A stretch of DNA of 64,000 nt from Balanoglossus misakiensis (lineage: Eukaryota; Animalia; Hemichordata): the NCBI GenBank assembly GCA_040954595.2, contig CM082576.2, positions 3,942,760 to 4,006,759 of the forward strand. Reading direction: 5' to 3'. The position numbers were made by a program, and so were the translations under genes. The notes beneath the pieces are model-generated. The model did not search any database. It was given only the letters and a program-made list of their open reading frames with translations, and was not told the DNA's origin. This document shows positions 13,901 to 25,900 of the stretch, piece by piece (position 1 is the first letter of the stretch; each line of letters opens with the position of its first letter).

Positions 13901-16900
13901 TGAAGAATCTACTTCACCTGTAGTCATGGCAGTCAGCACAGATGACACTATGGTAACAGAAAAGGCTGAGCTACAGAGACCCTCAGAGGAGACTGCAGAT
14001 CACAGTAAACAAGATGAGGAAATGACTGAGGAATCTCCTTCTCCTGTGGTCATGGCAAGTAGTACTAATGATGACTTACTGGCACAAGCAGCAGATATGG
14101 AAGAACAACCAGATGGGGCTGGTGTTGCAGATGAAAAGGGCGAACAAGACAAGCTCGAACAAGACAAGATCATAACTTCAGAATCAACATCACCTGAAGT
14201 CTTGACTACCAGCACCGACGACACCATGGTAACAGAAAAGGCTGAGCCAGAGAAACCTTCAGAGGAGACTGCATATGAAAGTAAACAAGATGAGGAAATG
14301 ACTGAAGAATCTACTTCCCCTGAAGTCAAGGCAGCCAGCACAGATGACACCATGGTAACAGAAAAGGCTGAGCTACAGAGACCCTCAGAGGAGACTGCAG
14401 ATCACAGTAAACAAGATGAGGAAATGACTGAGGAATCTCCTTCTCCTGTGGTCATGGCAACTAGTACTAATGATGACTTACTGGCACAAGCAGCAGATAT
14501 GGAGGAACAACCAGAAGAGGCTGGTGTTGCTGATGAAAAGAGCGAACAAGACAGGCTCGTAACTTCAGAATCAACATCACCTGAAGTCTTGACTGCCGGC
14601 ACCGATGACACCATGGTAACAGAGAAGGCTGAGCCAGAGAAACCTTCAGAAGAGACTGCATATGAAAGTAAACAAGATGATGAAATGACTGAGGAATCTC
14701 CTTCACCTGTGGTCATGGCAGCCAGCACCGACGACACCATGGTAACAGAAAAGGCTGAGCCAGAGAAACCCTCAGAGGAGACTGCATATGAAAGTAAAAA
14801 AGATGATGAAATGACTGAGGAATCTCCTTCACCTGTGGTCATGGCAGCCAGCACCGACGACACCATGGTAACAGAAAAGGCTGAGCCAGAGAAACCCTCA
14901 GAGGAGACTGCATATGAAAGTAAAAAAGATGATGAAATGACTGAGGAATCTCCTTCAACGGTAGTCATGGCAGCCAGCACCGACGACACCATGGTAACAG
15001 AGAAGGCTGAGCCAGAGAAACCTTCAGAGGAGACTGCATATGAAAGTAAAAAAGATGATGAAATGACTGAGGAATCTCCTTCACCTGTGGTCATGGCAGC
15101 CAGCACCGACGACACCATGGTAACAGAAAAGGCTGAGCCAGAGAAACCCTCAGAGGAGACTGCATATGAAAGTAAACAAGATGAGGAAATGACTGAGGAG
15201 TCTCCTTCTCCTGTGGTCATGGCAACTAGTACTGATGATGTCTTATTGGCACAAGCAGCAGATATGGAGGAACAACCAGATGGGGCTGGTGTTGCTGATG
15301 AAAAGAGCGAACAAGACAAGCTCGAACAAGACAAGATCATAACTTCAGAATCAACATCACCTGAAGTCTTGACTACCAGCACCGACGACACCATGGTAAC
15401 AGAAAAGGCTGAGCCAGAGAAACCTTCAGAGGAGACTGCATATGAAAGTAAACAAGATGAGGAAATGACTGAAGAATCTACTTCCCCTGAAGTCAAGGCA
15501 GCCAGTACTGATGATGACTTGCTGGCACAAGCAGCAGATATGGAAGAACAACCAGATGAGGCTGGTGTTGCTGATGAAAAGGGCGAACAAGACAAGCTCG
15601 TAACTTCAGAATCTACTTCTCCTGTAGTCATGGCAGCCAGCACCGACGACACCATGGTAATAGAAAAGGCAGAGCCAGAGAAACCTTCAGAGGAGACTGC
15701 ATATGAAAGTAAACAAGATGATGAAATGACTGAGGAATCTCCTTCACCTGTGGTCATGGCAGCCAGCACCGACGACACCATGGTAACAGAAAAGGCTGAG
15801 CCAGAGAAACCCTCAGAGGAGACTGCATATGAAAGTAAACAAGATGATGAAATGACTGAGGAATCTCCTTCACCTGTGGTCATGGCAGCCAGCACCGACG
15901 ACACCATGGTAACAGAAAAGGCTGAGCCAGAGAAACCTTCAGAGGCGACTGCATATGAAAGTAAAAAAGATGAGGAAATAACTGAGGAATCTACTTCACC
16001 TTTAGTCATGGCAGCCAGCACAGTTGACACCATGGTAACAGAAAAGGCAGAGCCACAGAAACCTTCAGAGGAGATTGCATATGAAAGTAAACAAGATGAG
16101 GAGATGACTGAGGAATCTACTTCACCTGTGGTCATGGCAACTAGTACTGATGACACCATGGTAACCGAAAAAGCAGAGCCAGAGAAACCTTTAGAGGAGA
16201 CTGCATATGAAAATAAACAAGATGAGGAAATGACTGAGGAATCTCCTTCACCTGAAGTCAAGGCAGCTAGTACTGATGACGACTTACTGGCTCAAGCAGC
16301 AGAAACGGAGCAGTATCCAGAAGAAGCTGGTGTTGCTGTTGAAAAGGGCCAACAAGACAAGCTCGTAACTTCAGAATCAACATCACCTGAAGTCTTGACT
16401 GCCAGCACCGACGACACCATGGTAACAGAAAAGGCTGAGCCAGAGAAACCTTCAGAGGAGACTGCATATGAAAGTAAACAAGATGATAAAAAGACTGAGG
16501 AATCTCCTTCACCTGTGGTCATGGCAGCCAGCACCGACGACACCATGGTAACAGAAAAGGCTGAGCCAGAGACAACTTCAGAGGAGACTGCATATCAAGA
16601 TGAGGAAATGGTTGAGGATTCTCCACAGGAAAAAGGGGATGCAGATAATTATTATCAAATACCAATCATTAAAGTTACTGATATGGAACCATCAACATCA
16701 GATATTGCAGAAAATGAACAGATAATGGAAGAAGGATATTCTGACAAACTTCAATCAGAGCAAGAATGGCAAGATGAAAGTACTGAAGAGGATGAAATAT
16801 CTTCAATCATAGCTGAAGTTGACTCGACTGACAGCAGTGGCCTAAGTGTTATTGACGAAGAACCTGAGGCGGAAATGGAAAGTGGAGGGGAAGCAGATGT

Positions 16901-19900
16901 TGGTGATGTGGGTGACAGTGCCTTAGATGATGCTGAACAAGTGTTGCAAGAAGTGATAGTTGAAGAGACTACTGAAGATTCTGTTCAATATGTAGACATT
17001 CCTAGTACAAGTGAAATACAAACTCTCTTTATTGTTCCTGAAATGCACAGTTTTGAGAGGGAATTTGCCCAGATTGTTAATATCGGTGAAGGTGGTGCAA
17101 GTGCATCCGTAAAAGAAAGTGAAGATGGAAATGTTGCTGAAGAGCTGACTGAAGAAGCAGAAGATGGTATGGCTGTGGTCATTGAAAGTGAAAAGCAGAC
17201 AGAAGTTCCAGTTGGCACGATGTCTATGGAGACTGGCGTACCAGAAGTTGATGCTACAGTTCCACATGCCATAACTGAAGGTGATGAAGTAACCAGTATG
17301 GGAATTGTAAATGGAATGCCACCAGATACTATTGAATTAGCAGCTGGACAAATGCATGGGGAAGACGATAATATTCATATACATCCCATAGCTGACAAAC
17401 CCATGCCACCATCAGAACAAGTAGGTCCAGCAGCTGATTCAGATGTTGATAAATCACAACAGATGGATGATGACTCCCAATTCCAGTCAGCCATACATGA
17501 TATGCCATTTGAAGATGGGTGTGGTCTAGGAAAACAAGTTAAGGATGATAATAAAACCCAAATGGTTTCACCAGACACAAAGGAAAGTGGATTACAAGAT
17601 GTTCCACCTTATAAGCGAGCTACACCACCATTTCTCCGTGATCCTTCCCAATCAACTGAGCCCACCAAAACTATGGTTGTTGTTGAAATCTCAGACCAAC
17701 CCGATGATCATGTTGATCAAGCAGTGAAGCTGGGGGAAATGGTAGAGCCTGTTGAGGGAGTGATTGGTTATGTAGCTACTGACAAAAAGGACAGTCCAAT
17801 AACATACAGCATTCCACCTGGACTACAAGACCAAACATCTAGTACAGTTTCAACTGGTAGTATTCCAGAATATATACAAGGGGAAAATCTGGAAGATGAA
17901 AAACAGGCAGATGGACAAGAAGAAACTACTGTTGACCTTGGTGATGGCGCCTCATTAGATGAAGCTCACTTAATGAACATGGTGGTGTTTGATACTGTTC
18001 AACAGGAGGAATCTGGTAAAACAGCTGATGTGTCCATGCCACTTGAACCTGATAATGTGAACCAATATCATGTTCCAGCTACAGAAATAATGGATAGTGG
18101 GATTGTTACTGATGCCACCTCATATAGCTCAGGTAAAGACATCCAGAGATGGGGAGATGAAGAACAGGCTGTCCAGGAAATGAAATCAGGGGACATTATT
18201 GACCAGCACCATGATGTTGCAGATAAAGAGAAGGGAGAAGATGGTTGTGAGAGTCTCAAGGATCAAAAGGAATCTCCTGAAAAAGAACTTGTTGGTGACA
18301 CAGATGTTGAAATGCAAGAAGTAACTGGGTTTGTTGAATCTACAGATACAGTAGAATTACAAAGTGAAGATATTACTGCAGATGCAAATCAACCAGCTGA
18401 AGCAGATGATATAGACCTTGCTCACACATCCAAAGATGAGAAACAATTTCCAGAGAAACATGAATCACAGGTACTGCCTGCAGAATCCACTGGAGCTGAC
18501 TCTATATCTGAAATACCTCATTCAGAGTCTGAATTGGCAACTACATCTTTTATGAGATATGAGATCGTTGGAGAAGAATGGCCAGTTATCCATGAAGTCA
18601 AGCCTCAGCTAGTTTGCCACGGAGTGGATGCAGAGAAACAAGCAGAAAATGTGCAAGACACCGAGACTGTAGATGCTGCTCTGGAACCTGAAAAATCAAC
18701 ACCGACTGAATTTGTGCCTTTGGCACCAACTGATGTGGTTGATAAGGACAACAGTGCTGAAGTAGAATATCTAGAAGCACATCAGTGGAAACCTCTTCTG
18801 GAAAGTGTTGCAGCGGAGGAAATGAAAATGAACGAAGAAATTGTAGATTCATCAACTCAAGGTGAAGGCACTGAGCCACAAGTTGTAATGCCAATTGTAA
18901 CAGCCGAAGATGTCAGAGAACTTTCTTTTGAAGACACAAAACCAAATACTGAGGATGATGTTTTGATAATGGCGCAAAGTTTAGATGAAAAAGAAGAAAC
19001 ACCTGTTTCTAGAATTCCGCCAGAAATTGAAAGTCCTGTTGAAGAAAAGTCTGGTGGTGCAGTAACTGTGCATACTTTGAAAGAGAAAGATACCAGTGAG
19101 CCAAGAGTTATTTCTGGACAGGAAGACACTCTATCACCTTCTGAGTCTACCATTACCACAGTTCCTGATGATGAAGAGCAGAAGCTTGATGTGATACCAG
19201 ATCTGCAGGTAGTGTCACATGATGTTGCCATTGAAGGAGATCAGATTCAAGAAACTGAGACAGATGAATCCACACCAGTTGTAGTGGCACCTGTGGCTGA
19301 AGAGCTACAACACATTCAGACAGCAACTGATCCCCACCTACATAAAGAAACTGTTGGCCAAGATCAAGAACCATGTGAAGACAAAGTACAGTTCACACAT
19401 CCACCTACAGAGAGTAGACAGCTGAAAGAAGACATTGAAGAAATACCACGTGCCGATGTAGATGTAGATTCTCAGTCTGCTGATTTACCAGAAAGCAAGC
19501 AACAACTGGATGTGAGAAAAGTGGAATCTCCACAAGAAACACCAACTGAAGAAAAGACAATTGCATTAGACAGCCAACAAGAAGATGTAAATCAAGCCAC
19601 AGACAATTTGCAACCTGAAGACTCAAATGTTGATGGTGTTCTCAGTGTGGAAGCTGATATGCCAGATTCCAAAAAAGCAGAGGTGTTTTCAATGCCACCA
19701 TTTGGTGCAAGGATATATTCAGTGACTCCGAGTATGATGCCACATATAAAGATACTTCGGCCAGAAGTCACTGCAATAAGTGGGGATTCTGCATCGCCGG
19801 ATTATTCTGTGACCCCAGTGTCTTCACTCTCCGATTCAGCCTCTCCACCACCTGAAGAAACAGATATGGATACCTCTGTGCAACCCCACGAGATGACATC

Positions 19901-22900
19901 TGAAGATGCAAAGCTAGGTGACGTTCACCGAGAATACGGTGTTTGCACTACGGAAAGAATCACACAGTATATGGCGGGTGAAAATGTTTCCAAAGAACAA
20001 CTAACTCTTGAAGATGCATTGAGCGTACCAGCTGATTCACCTGACAAGATGACTGCTGTGGAAATGGAAATTCCGGCCGAAGTTCAATTGTCCCGCGAAA
20101 CCGTTATTCCAGCTGAAGCAACATACGTTGGTGAATCAGCACAGCAACAACAGGAAATGCTTGTTACGCAAGAGACAGAAGATGCACCAACAAGCCAAGC
20201 TGTTCAAGCAAAGATAGATCATGAAAAGCAGGACACTCCAGTATGTACCACTTTGCAACCTCAAGTACATGTAATAGAAAAAGTCCCAGAAACAGAAGCA
20301 ATAGCAGAGCTTGAAGCACCACCACCAGGCATTTCCAAACCAGTAGATGAACAACTTATGCCATTAGGAACTGAAGATATCACCTCTGAAAGTGTAACTA
20401 TGAAAGAAGAAGAACCTGCAGTTCAATCTGATTTAGTTGAAACTGTCCCATCTGGCATAGATGTTAGCCATTTGCAACTGACAGTACCAGAGGCAGAGTT
20501 GTCTCCCACACATAAGGAACAACCATTAAAGGGAGATGTCAAACGGCTGGAGTATCCTCAGCAAGAACTCGCCACTCGAGAAGAGATTGAGCCACAGTCT
20601 ACTGACATTGCTGACTATGACAAGACAGATATGGTCGTACAAAAGCTTGATGATGACAACATCCAGACTGTTCCATCTGTCACCGATGGAAGTGAAGTTT
20701 ATGATGTCTTGTCTAACACTGAAGAGTCAGCTTCAGTTACCGTCTACAGGTCACCCGCTATGACAACATATGTGATCTCTAGAAGTGATGATGACTCAGA
20801 TGAAGAGGCAAGTGCTGCAAGTGATGGGCCATCAGAATCTGAAAAGCCGTTAGCAGCTGGAATGTCTGAGTTGGATTCTTCAATAGATGGCCTCGCTGAA
20901 GAACTATCACCAGTGGACATCGGAGATATTCAAACAACAACACCATCTGAAGAGGCAGTGGTTTCCCCAGCAATTGAGCAACAGCTACCATCACTGCAAA
21001 GAGAGACACATGAAATTAAGGTTTCTGAATATCCCAAGGAAGATGTTGGCATACTCAGCAGGATTGACATGCAAGATGTCATGGACAAGGAGAAAGAAAA
21101 ATCTGCTGATGATGTGTGTGACGTGGGAGATGAGAGAGAAAATAGTCAGCCTGACACTGAGAGAGCGAAAATTGAAATTAAGTTTTTCAACTATCCAGAA
21201 GAAAATATTGCTGTAGTTGTCTCAGGAGAGGCCACCAGACCTGACAGTGAAAAAGCAGCTGATGTTTCACATGATGCAGAAAGCAAGAATGAGGCAAGAC
21301 AATCTGAGACTGAGTTAACAATAACAAAAGCTAATACTGAGGTGTCCGAACATCTGGAAGAAAATGTTGGTGTAATCAGCAACATTCAATCAGAAGTTGC
21401 CATGGAAATAGAAAGTCAGAGAGTTTTGAGTGATGTAGAAAGTGACAATGAAATGATTCCATCTGAGACCGAGCCAATAAAAGCTGAAATAAGAGTGTTT
21501 GAATATCCTGAAGAAGAAATTTGTGAAGTCAGCAAGATCAAATCAGATGAGGAAAATGATTCAGGAAACGAAAAAGCAGCTGATGTCTTCCATGATGTAG
21601 AAAGCGGAAGAGAAAAGAATCTTGAGACTGACAGAACAGTTGAGACAGAATCTCCTGAACAGAAGCAAAAAGAAGAAGGTGCTAAATCTGTCTCACAAAG
21701 AGGTGAAGTTTTGTCACATGATGAAGATGACATTGAAGAAGACAAAAGTATACCTGCTATTCAGACAGAAGATGAAATTTCTCAGGAAGCAGAGCAAATG
21801 GACAAAGGTGGTGATATTCAAACAAGTGACCACCAGCAGCTTTCACCAGAGGAACAAGTTCCTCTTGAAATCCAGAGATTTGAATATCCTGATGAGGTTT
21901 CTGCCATGGTTGTAGAAGTTGGCAAAGATGATGTGATAGACAGAGAAGACACGGAAGTAATGGCAGTTAATCTTGTTGATGACAAAGAAAGACCAGAAGA
22001 GATACAGCTACCTCCTACTGATGTCGAAAGCAAAGAAGATGAAGTTTATAGTGTCATGTCCCCAACGGACACTGCAGCAGCAGTTACTGTGCTCAGAACA
22101 CCAACAATGACAACTTATGTTATTGCAAGAAGTGATGATGACACTGATGAAGAACCGGATGTGGAAGCAATAGACAAGGAGAGAGAGAGTTTTGTGGATG
22201 AAAGTGTTCAAGATCAACCGGACAATGTCAGTGGGGGTCAAGTAGAAGAAATTGATGAAGGTGATGTTCTGCAGTTGGAACACATGGAAACAAGTGAAAT
22301 GATCCATGGTGAACCATCTGATGTTGGGAAAGCAGAAGATTCTTTGCCTGTGTCAAATGAATATGAGCTTGGAGACATCAGAGAATTTGAATATCCAGCA
22401 GACTCTGCTATCACAACGGAAATCAGTGAATCTGTTCACTATACACCAGCCGACGCAGACATGGAAATACAGGAAGTTATCAGAGACGGAGATAAAGAGA
22501 TGACAGATGAAAGAGGAGTGTCGGCAGGTCTCCAGCCCATTGCTGATGACCAGCCACAAGATGTGCAGATTGGTGAATCGATTGAAGACAAACAGCTTCT
22601 GTTGGGAATAGATCATGACAATGCAACTGAAGATCAACCTGTCTCTGATGTGGATGGTGAAAAACCACTACCTGAACAAGACAAAAGTATACCTGCTATT
22701 CAGAGAGAAGACAAAATATCTCAGGAAGCAGAACAAGTGGACAAAGGTGATGATATTCAAACAAGTGACCACCAGCAGCTACCATCACCGGAGCAACTTC
22801 CACTAGAAATCCAAAGATTTGAATATCCTGAGGAGATTTCTGCCAAGGTTGTAAAAGTTGGCAAAGATGATGTAATAGACAGAGAAGACACGGAAGTAAT

Positions 22901-25900
22901 GGCAGTTAATCTTGATGATGACAAAGAAAGACCAGAAGAGATACATCTACCTCCTACTGATGTCGAAAGTAAAGAAGATGAAGTTTATAGTGTCATGTCC
23001 CCGACAGACACAGCAGCAGCAGTAACTGTGCTCAGAACACCAACTATGACAACTTACGTTATTGCAAGAAGTGATGATGACACTGATGAAGAACTGGATG
23101 TGGAGACAATAGATAAGGAGCGAGATAGTTTTGTGGATGAAAGTGTTCAAGATCAACCGGACAATGTCAGTGGTGGTCAAGTAGAAGAAATTGAAGACGG
23201 TGATGTTCTGCAGTTGGAACACATGGAAACAAGTAAAATGATCCGTGGTGAACCATCTGATGTTGAGGAAGCAGCAGATTCTTTGCCTGTGTCAAATGAA
23301 TATCAGCTTGGAGAGATCAGAGAATTTGAATATCCAGCAGACTCCACTATCACAACGGAAATCAGTGAATTTGTTCACTATACGCCAGATGACACAGACA
23401 TGGAAGTACAAGAAGTTATCAGAGACGAAGATAAAGAGGTGACAGATGAAAGGAGAGTGTCAGCAGGTATCTTGCCCATTGCTGATGACCAGCCACAAGA
23501 TATGCAGTTTGGTGAATCGATTGAAGACAAACAGCTTCTGTTGGGAATAGATCATGACAATGCAACTGAAGACCAACCTGTCTCTGATGTGGATGGTGAA
23601 AAACCACTACCTCTTGATGAAGACAAACATGAAGGCAAGCATGCAGATGAGACTGTAGAGGCCATGCAAGAACAAGCCGCTGGTGACAGTGACAAAGATG
23701 AAGTATATGGTGTCCTTCCTTCAACTGATGCATCTGCTTCTGTAACTGTACACCGGTCTGGTCAAGAAGATGTAAAAGCTGTGGCTGCGGATAAAGAAAT
23801 GTCCCCAGAGAAGGGTAAGCTGGTAGATGCCAGCACCAACACATCCCCAGTTTCTGTTAGAACTGCAGAAATGGCAACTGTCACGCAAGTTGCTGAAAAA
23901 ATAATGTCTCCAACAACAGAAATGGGAACAAATACTGATGAAGAAAGTAAACAATTACCATCAGTGATGGAAATGGCCACCAACACTGAAGATGTTGACA
24001 GTAAACCAAGTGGTGTTGAAATGGCAACCAACACAGATACTGATGAAAAACTAGCACATGCAACCACAGACATTGCAACAAATACTGAAGATATTGTGAA
24101 ATATATCCAGCCAATGGTTGAAATAGCAACTAACACAGAAAGTGATGGGAAGATGACAACAGAAACATCTACAAACACTGAAGAGCTTGTACTGTTAGCA
24201 GAATCTGACCAGGACGGCACTCCGATTGAAAAAGACGAGGGAGAAACTGGAACTCAGGAGATGATCCATGCTAGATTAGATATGACAGAATATGGAGGCC
24301 ATGAATTGCAGAGAGATATGCTTGATTCCCCTGACAGAGAAGTCCAGTTGATCATGGAAGAGATGATGTTACCTGAGGATGAAATGACTACAGAAATGAT
24401 GGTGAAGCCAGAAGTGTCAGCCAGACCGACAATGGTAAGCACCAGTACAAACACGGAAGTGATGTCAGCAGCAGCTATGGTAGATACGGCCATGAGTACA
24501 GAACCGGAGAAAAATGAACCTGTAACAGACTTGCAGTTTGTAAGTGTTGGAACATCACCATTAAATATATCTTCTGAGATGGTGGACACTGCTACAGTCA
24601 CTGACACAGAGGAACATGAACAAGACAAATCTGTGTTCGCTGATGTCAGCACAATGACTGAACCTAAAGAAAAGCATACGTCAAGTGCAGGTACTTCACC
24701 AGTTTCAGAGTTGCAAGAAGTTAAATTTGGTGCACCAGCCGAAGCTGATATTGTGACTGATCTTGAGACTGCAGTTGATGTACCTGAAACAGGAAAAAGA
24801 AATATAGGCACATCACCAATAGATATCGATGCAGCTCCACTTGATCAAGAAATACAACCATCTGAAGATTCCATTGAAAGGGCTGATGTCCATTACGAGG
24901 AGGATTACCATATATCAGATAGGTTTCTTCCCATTGTGGAAAGTGATACGGAGTCAAGTGGTGAATCATCTGAAGAGGAAACCCAAGATTTACTGTATGA
25001 ACATCCACTTGTACATGAGGAAAATGAAGGAGTAGTTCTTCATACACTGCAGAAACCAGTTGAACAACAAGAATATTTACCTGATGAGATTGTTCCTCAA
25101 GTGCCAGATGATGAGCATGTAGAATCTTCTCCTGAAGTCCTGGCTGAGCCATCCTTGAGAGAGGAAGAAATGCCTGTAGTGTTTACACCAAGTAAACCAG
25201 AAAAGAAGTCTACAGGAATGAACACAGACCCTGTTTCATCAGATGCAAATATTATGACAGAATTAGAGCCTAGAGTTGCTGATGATGAGCATGCAGTCCA
25301 ACAAAAAGCTGGTTCAGCGCCAGTAAGCAAAGTTTCAACTGCTGTTAACACACTGCCAGCATCTACTGATGCTGAAGCCATGACAGAGCCTTCACAGGAT
25401 GAAGATATTTTACCAGTAGCTGCAGGAGAAGAAGTGAGGCCGAAAGATTCTGCCATGAAAGCCACAACTGGAACCAACACTGTCCCAATCGCCATGGAAA
25501 TGAGCACAATGACTGACGCACCGTTGGATGAATATATTGAACAACAGTTGATCGAAAAACCACAAACAGTTACATCTTCTGTCAACACTGAACCCACACA
25601 TGCAGATGAGGGCATGGAAACTGAAGAAATGTTTCCAACCGAAAGCGACGATAACATAACTACCAAAGTTATCCCAGAGGAAATTGAAAGCACCAAGCCT
25701 GAAAAGTCAGAAGATGCCACTTTGCCAGATCAGGCACTACATGGAGAGGTTAAAGAACCATCTAAAGTAATGGGTTTACATGTGACAAGAACAGCACAAG
25801 CTCAAGATGAAATGAAAGCGATCTCAGGAGCTGCTAGTGTGTCAGTCAGCATCCAGACTGACCCCATTGTAGTGGATGAAAGCACTAGACGAGCTCGCGA

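Noticed and set aside
11054-16261. Long antisense ORFs (473, 474 and 619 aa) and other minus-strand ORFs over the giant exon
   Set aside because: They are Ser-rich mirror frames caused by repeat periodicity and the codon bias of the acidic sense ORF.
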